DNA of 61,825 nucleotides, counting the filler, from Chiloscyllium plagiosum (Eukaryota): the NCBI RefSeq assembly GCF_004010195.1. It is 3 parts of one record of this genome, joined end to end, with 100 filler letters (N's around TTAATTAATTAA, not from the genome) between each part and the next. Parts side by side here need not be neighbours in the genome. Positions count along the whole stretch, not along the records: positions 1 to 29,783 come from NC_057714.1; positions 29,884 to 57,470 come from NC_057714.1; 1 more part is not named here. One strand, written 5' to 3'. The stretch's first letter is position 1. Every line of letters starts with the position of its first letter. Below the pieces are notes generated by a model. The model had not been told where the DNA came from and did no database searches. It worked only from the letters and a program-made list of their open reading frames with translations. Made by a program: the position numbers and the translations under genes. This document shows positions 25,788 through 38,119 of this stretch, piece by piece.

Positions 25788-27419
25788 CTTTTGAAAGAAA
25801 AAGATTGGGAATTAGATCATCCACTGTTCTAGATACTGTTTCTTTCCTTCTCACAATGATACCCTCTCCTAACAAAACTCCTAATCTTAATAAACACTGA
25901 TACAGAAGGACAAATATCCTAGTGTTTCATGTACGTATTAAAAAAATATGGAAATTGCAGTTGAAGTTTTGTTTTCTTATCCAGAACACAAATATATGAA
26001 GGAATCAATATCATATTTCTATTTATCCATGGACATGAATTTTTGTGGAGTCTTTAAAAACATCAGAAACTGCAGACTTTCAAAAAGAAGGATGTCCAGC
26101 CGACTGCAATTGGCCGACACAATGTTTATTGTCCTGGCTGCCCACATTCTGAATGGAGCTACAATATGCTGCACGTCCCTTGCTTTGACGAACAAATTCA
26201 GCCTATCAGCATGAGTATGAATGCTTAGCAGAGGTAAAATACTTGTCTACTCTTCCCAATTAATTTTGTGCTAATCAGATTTACATTCCTGAAACGAGAT
26301 AATGTAGGCAATTTCAGTGCCAGTTAACACACACTGTAATAATCACGTTGGCAGAGAGAGTGTGCAATAACTTATGGTTTTTAAAAGTAACCTTTTTATT
26401 TGACTGTAACTCCAATTGCGACAAATATTGGAACAATAGTATTAATCAATTCCCTTGACAATATGTATTTAGTCAGTATGCTTTTGTTTATTTATATTTC
26501 TTTCCCAAAGCTTGGATAAAAATAGGATTTAAGGAATTTATAAGTTTTTGCTAAAAATATCACAAAAAGAACTATAAGGGGAAGGAAATTTATATTTCAT
26601 GTTGTTTATTAATCTGGTTGGTATCTTATGAATGTATTTAAAAGCTTAAATAATTTACAAGAATAGTGAGTGCTTTGTTCAGTTCTACAACTACTGATAA
26701 TATCAAATACTGCACCATCCTGGAGAAAGAGACATATTTGTAATGTTGATTAAAACAAAATCATTCAGTGAATCCATGACCTATTTTGAATTGTGGATGT
26801 CTGGGTTTCGTAAGCAAGCTTTCAGGAATTCAGCTGAAGTCTTTTGACTCTGTGCCTAAGTCTGTAAAAGGCTATGTGTACTTCTACTTGACCTTGACAT
26901 TAAAGTACAATTTTATTTTAAGGTGAAATCTGTGTGGGATATAAATGTCTTAATCCTTAAGGGCCCATGTTTATATATGAGAAGAAAGCAAAAAACCTCT
27001 TATCATAAAGAAAATGTCACTTCTCCATTTCTGTTGCTTTACTGTTAGATTTGACAGAAATCAGTGCGCAAAAAAAAGATACGACTAAATGAAAAAGTGC
27101 CCAGTTGAAAGCAGTATTGTTGACCTGTTCTCCATAAGGAAAACAAAATCTATATCTATTTTTAGGAACAAATTCACTTGAGATCCATAAATTAAAGTCT
27201 ACTTTTATTTCCTTGATTTTTATATGTGTGCCACTGTAATAGACTTAGTTTTACTTAATCCATTCCAGATTGTAATAGTACACTGAGTAAAAAGAACATT
27301 CTCCTCATTTCCTCTCCATTTCTTTTCCCAATTAATTTAAATCATCATTTTCTGGTTATTGACCATGTGCGCATTTACTGAGCAGGAAGTTGTAAATACA
27401 TAATTGCTCTAAACTTATA

Positions 27420-27803
27420 CTCTGGACTGAGAGTAATAGACAAAACCATTAGCTGCCTAACCGAAAGTGTGTACCATTCACAAGATGCACTGCAGCAACT
27501 CGCCAAGGCTCCTTGGAGAGCACCCTGCAAGCTTGCAAGCTCTACTATCCAAAAGAACGACAGCACGTGTTATATGGGAACACCATCACCTTCAATTTCA
27601 ACTCTAAGTCATCCTGACATTTTTTTTATCATTCTTTCACTTGCAGAATCAAAATCCTTGAACTCCTTTTCTAACAGCACTGTGGTTATTCCAACAACAC
27701 TTGGACTTCATTGATTCAAGTAGACAGCATGCCACCATCTTCTGAAGGACAATTAGAGATGTGCAATAAATATTGACCCAGCCACGTCCATGCGTGAATA
27801 AAA
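27420..27803 (+). mobile_element. Second LINE family 3' end
   Basis: gtgtgtacc...caagatgcactgcagcaact...; tail caattagagatgtgcaataaata...gaataaaa. Confidence 0.7.
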
Positions 27804-27906
27804 CAAATGCTATCATTATCTCTTTCAAACAGAGAATCAGTTTGAAACCATGTAAAGGTAAAGTTAACCACAGATCCAGAGGGCCATAGGCTGCTCTGTC
27901 ATTAGA

Positions 27907-28240
27907 ATAGCGTGGTGCTGGAAAAGCACAGCAGTTCAGGCAGCATCCGAGGAGCAGTAAAATCGACGTTTCGGGCAAAAGCCCTTCATCAGGAATACAG
28001 GCAGAGAGACTGAAGGGTGGAGAGATAAGTGAGAGGAGGGTGGGGAGAAAGTAGCATAGAGTACAATAGGTGAGTGGGGGAGGAGATGAAGGTGATAGAT
28101 TAAGAGCTTCAGGGCAGAGGAAATGACCTGGGGGTTGCAGTGGGAGAGGGACTCCCTGAGATCCTTGTAGAGAGAGGAGGAAAACTTCTTCAAGGCTGGC
28201 ATCCTTGCAAGAGGATTCGCAGTAGGGTTAAAATCAACTA
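27907..28240 (-). mobile_element. Penelope-like element fragment (terminal repeat with intact hammerhead motif plus adjacent internal sequence) inserted in an old tRNA-SINE
   Basis: Minus strand CTGATGA-a-GGGC-tttt-GCCC-GAAACGTC at 27965-27992; TSD gctct(g/c)tcattaga 27893-27906 / 28241-28254; host SINE matches 31245-31460. Confidence 0.8.
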
Positions 28241-29514
28241 GCTCTCTCATTAGATAGAGATGACTGGTGGTGAGGTTAATCTGAGGGTCACCATGCCTCA
28301 GGTGAGGGGCAAAATCGAGAAGATAGAATCTTTAAAACAACATTCCAATACCATGGAGCTGTGTATTGAAGACGATGCATTGCCAAATGTATTCTGAACA
28401 CTTGAATAATGTGTTGGTCCCTGTGAAAGAATTATTTAATTAATTAAGAACCGTATCTTTTTTGGTTGCCTGGATCAAATGGAAGGCAATCATATAATTA
28501 CCAATGAGCTGATTGATGTTCCTGAGTTCCTTTCTTGGTGCATGACTATAAACAGTGTGGGCTATATAAAAGCTCAAGGGAGCTAATTTCTCACATAGAA
28601 AAATGCATGGTGCAAACTGTTTCATGCACTAAATGCAAAGAATCCTTAACTTGTGTTTTGGAAGAAACAGCAAAGATGAATTTTGGCTCACAACAGGCAA
28701 CCAGTAAATGGAGAATGTTCACTTTCAAAATTCTCACCTAGTTTCATTCTTGCTATCTCTGAAATCTCTAATAGTTTTACAACATGGGGATTTCTGTGTT
28801 CCTACAAACCTGGCCTGAAGCATATCCCCAATTTTTGATGCTCCATCATTGGTGGTTGTGCCTGTCCTGTCTCGGTCCTAAATTCTGAACTTCCAAGATG
28901 AAAAGCTTCAACTTCATATCTCTTTTTTAGCAACACTCACTTGAAAGGTGTTATAAAAAAGCAAGTGTACTGCTGGCAAATTATACGTTTTATACCAGTG
29001 CTCAGGGGCAACATGACATTTAAGGAGGAAACTCCCTATTATCCTGCTTTTACACAGAAATAACTGAGAGTTAGAGGCTGAGATGGAGGGAGATGCTGTC
29101 ATGAGGACAGGGAGGAAGAGAGGAGTCTTGAATGGTCAGAGTATTTCCATAGGTTTACCAGAAGCTCAGGATTTATTCATTCATTTTCAGCCCTTGTAAT
29201 GTCTAGAATTAGAATAAGAATTAGAATATCCTTTATTGTCATGAGTACTCAAGTACAGATGAAAAGTAAAAAGTTTACAATGTCACCCATTATGGCACCA
29301 TCTTTGTTCCAAAGTACCGAGGTACACATTTTGGACAAAAAATACAGAAATAAAGGGAAAAGGGAAGGAAACAAAGGGACATGCAGTTGTTCATAATATA
29401 AACTAGAAAAATGAGAATAAAGTTAAAAAGATAAGCATTACAGCCTTTCCATCAAGGGCCTGCAGTAAATCAGTGCAGGGGACTTCCAACATGGTCTGCC
29501 TGAGCTCACAAGCT

Positions 29515-30012
29515 GCTGACCGTCCTCACTGGTCCCCAGTCCAACAACCATCCCCGTTCTGCACAGACCCCCATCCCCTGACCATCCTCGCTCCGCCCAG
29601 ACCACCATCCCACTGACCATCCTCGCTCCACTCAGACCCCCATCCCCAGACCATCCTCGCTCCGCCCAGACCACCATCCCCTGACCATCCTCGCTCCGCA
29701 CAGACCCCAATCCCCTGACCATCCTCGCTCCGCACAGACCCCCATCCCCCTGACCATCCTCGCTCCGCCCAGACCACCATCCCNNNNNNNNNNNNNNNNN
29801 NNNNNNNNNNNNNNNNNNNNNNNNNNNTTAATTAATTAANNNNNNNNNNNNNNNNNNNNNNNNNNNNNNNNNNNNNNNNNNNNCCATGCCCCTGACCATC
29901 CTCTGTCCACCCAGACCCCCATCCCCCTGACCATCCCTGCTCTGCCTAGACTCCCACCCCCTGACTGGCCCCTCGCTGCTCGGCCCTCCATCTCCCTGGC
30001 CATCCCTGCTCC
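29515..30012. repeat. C-rich minisatellite, 34-35 bp unit (accatcctcgctccgcccagaccaccatcccctg), broken by an assembly gap
   Basis: Unit starts at 29581, 29616, 29650, 29684, 29718, 29753; degenerate units on both outer edges. Confidence 0.9.
29784..29883. other. Artificial scaffold gap: N44-TTAATTAATTAA-N44
   Basis: Exactly 100 bp; the palindromic 12-mer at 29828-29839 gives stops in all six frames; identical structure at 57471-57570. Confidence 0.95.
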
Positions 30013-30635
30013 GACTAAAAATGTTGGCAACATGACAATGTGCTCAGATTTTCATATTTGAAGAATTTCCCAAATTAATGCAAGTAGGAGCTCTGCCCAC
30101 CCTTCTTAAATTAGAGTAATAACCCGCAGTTCACTTGCCTCCAATAGCTACTGTATATCTTTTCACCCACTAGGAATTGAATCTTGAATATTCTTTGAAA
30201 AAAGATGTACTTGCTGGAGTAAAGCTGTGCAATGTGTCTGTATCATGTCCTGTGAAAGCACAGCCTGTCATGTTTGTGAAATGCAGCAATCACTGTTTGC
30301 AACATTCTCTCGAAATGCAACCCTTGCAAATGACGGTACTTCACTGTATTTAGGCAATAAATGACAAGTTTCCGGTTACTGCTTGCTCATTGATACAAAG
30401 CACAGGCAATTTACATTCAATCCTACTGTCAGCTATCAACTCCACTGTGTACATTAATAATCCGTTTTAGTGTGCTCCTTCTATTAATCTTGCTGTGTTT
30501 AAAAAATGGCAGCTTTCAGTTTAAGTGTGACATTGTGGTATGTTTTGCCACTTGTACAGGATTATGCAATGAAATACTACACAATATCCAATGAGTACTT
30601 CAAAGCGAAAGGGGTTTAACATTCACCCTCCACTT

Positions 30636-31008
30636 TAGAATCTCTACAGTGCAAATGAAGGCCTTTTGGCCCATTGAGTCTGCACTGACCGTCTGGAGAG
30701 CATCCAACCCTAACCATTCCCGATGAAGGGATTATGCCCGAAACATCGATTCTCCTGCTCCTCAGATGCTGCCTGACCTGCTGTGCTTTCCCAGCACCAC
30801 AATCTCAACTCCTATCCCCATAACACTACATTTATCATAGTTAATCTACCTAGCCTACACACTAGCATGGCCAATCCACCTAACTTGCATATCTTTGGAT
30901 GTGATCGGAAACTGGAGCAGCCAGAAGAAACCCATCTGGTCATGAAGAGAATGTGCAAACTCCATGTCCTGAGACTGGACTCGAACCGGGATCCCTGGAG
31001 CTGTGAGG
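30636..31008 (-). mobile_element. HE1-type V-SINE with a nested family A hammerhead terminal repeat (30716-30810, +)
   Basis: Degenerate V-domain. The nested piece ccGATGA-a-GGGA-ttat-GCCC-GAAACATCgattctcctgctcc has a mutated core. Confidence 0.75.
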
Positions 31009-31244
31009 ATTGTTTGTTATTTTGTTTGTTATTCTCACTTCCTACAGTGAGGATTCGCTCATGCAAGCAGGCTCAAGCACAATAGGTTTGAGGAAAAAAA
31101 GTAGCAAGCATTCATTTCAATACCTGTTTTACATTTTCTTTGTAGTCGCCTCCAGGTCAGTCTGAAGATACTGTTTAATATTACTGTATGGATTCCTCAG
31201 GGATTTTACAGCCTTCCTGAACCTCAGCATCATAACCACTCTCC

Positions 31245-31462
31245 AATTGGTTTAGCTCAGTTGGCTGGATTGTTGGTTTGCAGAGCAGTGTGATGGCAAT
31301 AGTGTGGGTTCCATTCCCATTACCGGTTTGAGGTTACCGCGAAAGACTCTCCTTCTCAACCTCTTCCCTTGCCTGAGGTCTGGTGGCCCTCAGGTTAAAT
31401 CACCACCAGTTGCTTCTCTATAATGAGAAAGCAGCCCCTATGATCTGGTAAGACTATGGTCA
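31245..31462 (+). mobile_element. tRNA-derived SINE (third family)
   Basis: A-box tagctcagttgg, B-box-like gggttccattccc, internal hairpin cctgagg...cctcagg; relatives at 27845-28330 (-), 20030-20075 and 4135-4260. Confidence 0.6.
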
Positions 31463-34400
31463 CACAACGATAGCTACTCTCCAGACAAAGCAGTCTATTT
31501 AACCATAGTAAACCTAACCTACCACCCATTATTTCCAACAGAGTCAAGGGATTTCACAGCCAGTCCGGGGAACCTTAGTTAAATGTTGTCCTTGCCCAGG
31601 CTCACCAAGGTTGATGAAACACATGTACAACCAACTGAGTGAAGGTTAGTGATTGAGAACAGATTAAGGGCTGTTCATTTCCCAATCTCTGCTAGTTAGC
31701 ATTAGAAGAGGTAGTGCATGTTTGAGTTGAGACTTTTGTATATAAGTGACAGAGTTTTTGGATGCTTACAAAGATGCGCCTTCAGTCTTGCTATTATAAA
31801 TTGTAGACCTTAAAAAATGCACCTTTGTTTCATCATGCACGGAATGTGTGCTGTCTGTTATAACTCATGATGACATCATTAGGTGGAGTTAACAAGCAAT
31901 TATAATGATTAAAACATAACTTCAAGCAAACTAGGCCTACACTAAAGTAATTCACTGCAGTCTCCAATCAAAGCAAGCTGTCTCAGCTAAACAAACAAAG
32001 ATCAGGTAAATGTTCTGTACTTGTTACCAATGAGTGGGATGTTAGTCACTTATTTTAGAAATCAAACTTGTAATCTCATCCCTAGCAACCAAAATTCATG
32101 TTTGTAAATTGCACTCGAACTCTTAATTGGAACTCCTCATGTGATGACTAATCTTTCCCTTTATCAAATTATTCCTATTAAGCAATTTCCATTGTGTACA
32201 TGCCCCGATCCTAGTCACCAGCATGGATCATTTATGTGCAGATAAAATAATGGAATATTCCAGGACAAGGCTGTGGACTGGCCTAAACCTAGATTAAACA
32301 TTTTGTTTTATCAAGATCTCTGCCCTATGAAACTTTGAAAATAAATACATTTACTTTTATCGAAAACAAGAATGCTGCCTGTGCTGGAAATCTGAAATAA
32401 AAGCTGAAAATGCTGGAAATATTCAGCAGGCTTGCTGAATGTTTACATGATTTTCTGGCTTGATATCTATGCAGTTGTTCTCCAAGACAGTGCTGCCTTC
32501 TTGACTGACATACCTTGTCTCACTCATTCAGCATCCTTGAATTACTCTTTGACATGGGTAGAAGACATAGCAGCTCACTTCTCATTGGTCAGATCGAGTG
32601 TGTTCAGCCAGGACTACAATAAATTATTCTATGTCTCCCTTCTCAGTTGAGTGGTGGCTCATGTTTAATTTTGCACCATAATCCCTAACACAAAGCTTGT
32701 CTTAACATGTCTACTTTGGATCAGTGCTCAATAAAATGAACCAGCAAAGCAGGCAGAAAAATAGTTTACCGATAATATATACAGTAAACAGAAGACATAT
32801 ATTCATATTTATTATGCACCTTTAGAGCAAGTGGGACTTGAACTGAAGCCTCCTGTCTCAGAGGTGTGGACACTACCACTGCACTTCAAAAAACCTTAAG
32901 GTGAATGTATATAAATGAGATCTATTTTGGAACAAAAGGCTATTGAGGGTATGATTGGCAGGGACAGTGGCCTTGTTGGGTCAAATGGCTTATTCCTTAA
33001 TGGAATTTACAGTCCCTTTTCAATAAGTTAAACGCGAATCATTATATTTAGTTTCAAGTATCTTTCCTTGTGGAATCTTGTTTGTTTGCACAAAAGACTG
33101 TATGAAGCTGTGAATGTTGAGTTGCCACACATTTCATCAACCCCAATTTCTTTTCATCGTAGTTTGAAATTATTCCAATAGTTCATGTTATATTTTCCCT
33201 TTCAAATGGACTGCAGCACTTTCAAGAAGGCAGCTGCCCACCACCTTTGCTAGGGCAACTAGGGATGGGCAATAAATGCTGGCTCAGCCAGTGCCACCCA
33301 CATCACAAGAGTGAAAAAAGAAATGAAGAATGTGCAATTGGGGATATCTGAAACACAATCAGAACCCGGAGATGGAAAGTGATTCATTATTCAGTGTATC
33401 ATATTTGTAAATAACAGCAAAGGAGCAATAGCAGAACAACAAGGGGATATCGACAGTTAATCCGGAGTGAAGGAGAATGCTGCTGAAATGGCTATTTTCA
33501 GAGGAAATCTCTCATCTTCACTTGTGACCAAGTTAACACAAGAAGGATATTGTTCTTTACAAAATTGTGAGGGGACCTATGAGATCAGATGTGTCATTTA
33601 AAATAGGTACTTTTGATTAACCTATATAAAAGTGAATAGATTCAGGTTCGGTAAATCGATTGTGTTCATGCATCATGGTCCAGTGAATAATGGAAACCAC
33701 CATAGGGAATAACTGGGTTCAAAGGGCATTTGCAAATGACCCAAATAACAAACAGGAAAGAAATGGAAAACATAGTATTTCTGGAAAGCATTGATAATGG
33801 AAGGTTTGAGTTCAGCATGTACCAGATCACAATTAAACCTAAGAGTAACAGTGAAGCTGAAAATCTAATCAGTTATTATTTTTTTGCAATAAATGGTTAT
33901 TCCTCTAACCTTCAACATAAGATCAAAATCCTGAAACTGACTGCTTAACAGTGTTCAGGACATACCTACAGCCCAAGAATTGCAGCAGTTCAAGAAGACA
34001 ATCATAGATATCAACAGCACAGAAAGACAACTCATTAGCACCTTCACAAGGGCAACTCGCGATAGGCAATAAATACTTGCCAAGCCAACAATACCAGCAA
34101 ACCATGAATGAACATATATTTTAAAAAAAGGAAAAAGAATCTTTGAAAAGCCTGGTTCTCCCACAACCAAAGAAAGCAGTGTGTTTAACACAAGAGCTAT
34201 ATGTTGCAAATTCTAGAAATCTGAGCCAAAATTGGAAAAGTCCACAAAAACTCAGACCCCATGCATGGCGAAAGAACCTTTCAGGTTCTTGACCTTTTGT
34301 CAGAACTGGCACAGATTCGAGATGTGACAGATTTCCAAATGGAAATCCCATTGGAGAGAAGAATAAAATAACTTCAAAGTAGGAAATTCAGGAAGAGGAA

Positions 34401-34759
34401 TAGAAGTGAAATGAACTGTAACACAATATAGATTTGTGACCTAGTTCATATCTCTTCTCCACAATGGCTGATTCTCAAATGCTGCCAATGGAGGTTTGGT
34501 GACCTTGCAACTTGAAGGGCAGGAATAAGTCAACCATAGCCAAAATAGCTCTCTGCAGTGAATCACAATACTTCAAAGTTATCCAGTGACACAAAACTGT
34601 GCAATTGAACACGTTTAGTTAATTGAAAATCAGAAATTGCTGGAAAAGCTCAGCAGGTCTGGCAGTATCTATGGAAAGAAAGCAGAGTTAACATTTTAGG
34701 TTCAGTAACCCTTTCTGAGAACTTCAGTTGGGCGATAAAAACTGAAAGAACTGCAGACG

Positions 34760-35700
34760 CTTTGGATTTGGATGCGAACATAAGAGGTACAGTTAGTAAG
34801 TTTTCAGATGATACCAAAATTGGAGGTGTACTGGACATTGAAGAAGGTTACCTCAGATTAGAATGGGATCTCGATCAGATGGGCCAATGGGCTGAGGAGT
34901 GGCAGATGGAGATTAATTTAGAAAATGCTGCATTTTGGAGAGCAGGGGAGGACTTATGCATTTAATGGTAAGGTCCTGGGGAGTGTTGCAGAACAAAGAC
35001 ACCTTGGAGTGCAGGTTCATAGCTCCTTGAAAATAGAGTCACCGGTAGATAGGATAGTGAAGAAAGCATTTGCTATCCATTCCTTTATTGGTCAGAGTAT
35101 TGAGTGCAGGAGTTGGGAGGTCATGTTGTGGCTGTACAGGACATTGGTTTGATCACTTTTGGAATATTGCGTGCAATTCTGGTCACCGTCCTATTGGAAG
35201 GATGCTGTGAAACCTGAAAGGGTTCAGAAAAGATTTACAAGAATGTTGCCAGGATTGAAGGGTTTGAGTTATAGGGAGAAGCTAAATAGACTGGGGCTGT
35301 TTTCCCAGGAGATTTGGAGGCTGACGGGTGATCTTATAGAGGTTTATAAAATCATGAGGGGCATTGATAGGGTAAATAAACAATGTCTTTTCCCTGGGGT
35401 GGGGGAGTCCAGAACTAGAGGGCACAGGTTTAGTGTGAGAGGGGCAAGACTTAAAAGGGACTTAAGTGGCAACTTTTTCATGCAGAGGGTGGTGCGTGTG
35501 TGGAATGGGCTGTCAGAGGAAGTGGTAGAGGCTAATGCAGTTACAGCATTAAAAGGCATCTGGATGGGAAGGGTTTAGAGGGATATGGGCCAAATGCTGG
35601 TAAATGGGACTAGATTATTTTAGGATATCTGGTTGGTATGGACATGTTAGACTGAAGGATCTGTTTCTGTGCTGTACATTTCTATATCTCTATGACTGTA
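34760..35700 (+). mobile_element. CR1-clade LINE 3' fragment
   Basis: DLDANIRGTVSKFSDDTKIGG; EYCVQFWSPSYWKDAVKPERVQKRFTRMLPG (ORF 35159-35578); tail ctctatgact. Confidence 0.9.
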
Positions 35701-35701
35701 T

Positions 35702-36010
35702 GCTGAAAATCAGAAACAAAAACAGAAGTTGCTGGAAAAGCTCAGCAGGTCTGGCAGCATGTGTGAACAGAAATCAAAATAAATGTTTCGGGTCCGGTGA
35801 TCCTTCCTCAGAACTAATGGTAGTGAGGGAAATGTCAGTTTATATGAAGAAGATAGGGTGGGGTAAAGGGTAAAGAGTAAACAATAGTCAGGGATAGAGT
35901 CTATAGAGAGAGAAGAAGAGTTGGTCAGACAAAGGAGTCAATGACGATCTGGCTGAGAGGGTGAATAGCTGTTATTGGAGACAGTTAGTGGCTAACAATA
36001 GGCAGTGTGT
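35702..36010 (-). mobile_element. PLE-type terminal repeat, family C, with hammerhead motif (related piece at 34625-34722)
   Basis: Minus strand gtt-CTGAGGA-a-GGATC-accg-GACCC-GAAACATT at 35782-35814, adjacent to a purine-rich tract like other PLE ends in the window. Confidence 0.65.
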
Positions 36011-36305
36011 AGAGTAGAGTAGAGAGAGAGAGAGAGAGAAAGGAACTTTTATTTGTCATTTCTACCATTTACAACTGATACAGTAAAGATGAGACAGCAC
36101 AAACTACACAATCGTACACAGCATAAAGTACATAAGAAGTGTAAAGCACGCAAGTTACGGTGTAAGAGAAGAATGATGAATAATAGGCATTTTTGTAGCA
36201 GCAATATGAAAGAATGTCAGATGGGAAAAAGGTCCAATTATACAGTGTTAAGGAGCCTGATGGCTTGCGGGGGAAGAAACTGTTGCACAGTCTGGCCATG
36301 AGAGA

Positions 36306-37809
36306 AATCATGTCTCACAAACTTGATTGAGTTTTTTGAAGATGTAACAAAGACGATTGATGAGGGCAGAGCAGTAGATGTGATCTATATGGACTTCGTT
36401 AAGGCGTTCGACAAGGTTCTCCATGGGAGACTGATTAGCAAGGTTAGATCTCATGGAATACAGGGAGAACTAGCCATTTGGATACAGAACTGGCTCAAAG
36501 GTAGAAGACAGAGGGTGGTGGTGGAGGGTTGTTTTTCAGACTGGAGGCCTGTGACCAGTGGAGTGCCACAAGGATCGGTGCTGGGCCCTCTACTTTTTGT
36601 CATTTACGTAAATGATTTGGATGCGAGCATAAGAGGTACCGTTAGTAAGTTTGCAGATGACACCAAAATTGGAGGTATAGTGGACAGCGAAAAGGGTTAC
36701 CTCAGATTACAACAGGATCTGGACCAGATGGGCCAAAGGGCTGAGAAGTGGCAGATGGAGTTTAATTCAGATAAATGCGAGGTGCTGCATTTTGGGAAAG
36801 CAAATCTTAGCAGGATGTATACACTTAATGGAAAGGTCCTAGGAAGTGTTGCTGAACAAAAAGACCTTGGAGTGCAGGTTCATAGCTCCTTGAAAGTGGA
36901 GTTGCAGGTAAATAGGATAGTGAGCTGAAAATGTGTTGCTGGAAAAGCGCAGCAGGTCAGGCAGCATCCAAGGAGCAGGAGAATTGACGTTTCAGGCATA
37001 AGCCCTTCTTCAGGAATCATGAAGAAGGGCTCATGCCTGAAACGTCGATTCTCCAGCTCCTTGTATGCTGCCTGACCTGCTGCACTTTTCCAGCAACACA
37101 TTTTCAGCTCTGATCTCCAGCATCTGTAGTCCTCACTTTCTCCTCGATAGGATAGTGAAGAAGGCGTTTGGTATGCTTTCCTTTATTGGTCAGAGTATTG
37201 AGTACAGAAGTTGGGAGGTCATGTTGCGTTTGTACAGGACATTGGTTCGGCCACTGTTGGAATATTGCGTGCAATTGTGGTCTCCTTCCTATCGGAAAGA
37301 TGTTGTGAAACGTGAAAGGGTCCAGAAAAGATTTACAGGATGTTGCCAGGGTTGGAGGATCTGAGCTACATGGAGAGGCTGAACAGGCTGGGGCTGTTTT
37401 CCCTGGAGCGTCGGAGGCTGAGGGGTGACCTAATAGAGGTTTACAAAATTATGAGGGACATAGATAGGATAAATAAACAAAGTCTTTTCCCTGGGGTCGA
37501 GGAGTCCAGAACTAGAGGGCATAGGTTTTGGTTGAGAGGGGAAAGATATAAAAGAGACCAAAGGGGCAACTTTTTCACGCAGAGGGTGGTATGTGTATGG
37601 AATGAGCTGCCAAAGGATGTGGTGGAAGCTGGTACAATTGCAACATTTAAGAGGCATTTGGATGGGTATTTGAATAGGAAGGGTTTGGAGGGATATGGGC
37701 CGGACGCTGGCAGGTGGGACTAGATTGGGTTGGGATATCTGGTCGGCATGGACGGGTTGGACCGAAGGGTCTGTTTCCATGCTGTACATCTCTATGACTC
37801 TATGACTCT
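36306..37809 (+). mobile_element. Young 5'-truncated CR1-clade LINE (RT domain to 3' tail)
   Basis: ORF 36323-36928 DVIYMDFVKAFDKV...SGVPQGSVLGPLLF...FADDTKIGG; (tctatgac)n tail; 8-bp flanking repeat atgagaga 36298-36305 / 37810-37817. Confidence 0.93.
36924..37145. mobile_element. Fold-back hammerhead mini-element (family A1)
   Basis: Arms 36923-37014 / 37019-37109 inverted; TSD ataggatagtga 36912-36923 / 37147-37158; interrupts the CR1 reading frame. Confidence 0.88.
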
Positions 37810-38119
37810 ATGAGAGACCGAATACTCCAGTAACCTCTGCCAGATGGCAGGAGGGAGATGAGTTTGAGTGAGGGGTATGTGGAATCTTCCACAATACTCT
37901 AACCTTTCGGATGTAACGTGTGGTATAGACGTCTGTAACGGAGGGAAGAGAGACCCCGATGATCTTCTCCACTGTCCTCACTATCCATTGTAGGGAATTA
38001 CAATCCCGAGACGGTGCAATTCCCGAACCAGGCAGTGATGCAGCAGCTCAGGGTACTCTCAATAAACCCTCTGTAGAATGTGGTGAGGGGTGGGCTTTCC
38101 TCAATCTGTGCAGAAAGAA

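Larger units (their letters stand above)
36040..38115 (-). mobile_element. Rex1/Babar-type LINE 3' fragment, split by the CR1 insertion at 36306-37809
   Basis: Minus peptide ARLCNSFFP (36069-36311 ORF) resumes at 37818 with a PSGR-type motif; the 3' end abuts (GA)n at ~36010-36040. Confidence 0.6.

Noticed and set aside
29828..29839. TTAATTAATTAA palindrome (also 57515-57526) as a biological motif
   Set aside because: It is centred in identical N44/N44 pads totalling 100 bp and gives stops in six frames, so it is an inserted linker, not genomic sequence.
29515..30012. Regular ~34-bp repeat as a CRISPR array
   Set aside because: Units are contiguous with no unique spacers, there are no cas genes, and the context is vertebrate.
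36924..37145. Interpretation of the palindromes as DNA-transposon MITEs or miRNA genes
   Set aside because: Asymmetric ends, variable 12-17 bp TSDs, variable apices and physical linkage of the same repeat to PLE RT/GIY-YIG point to a Penelope origin. Small-RNA production cannot be judged from sequence.
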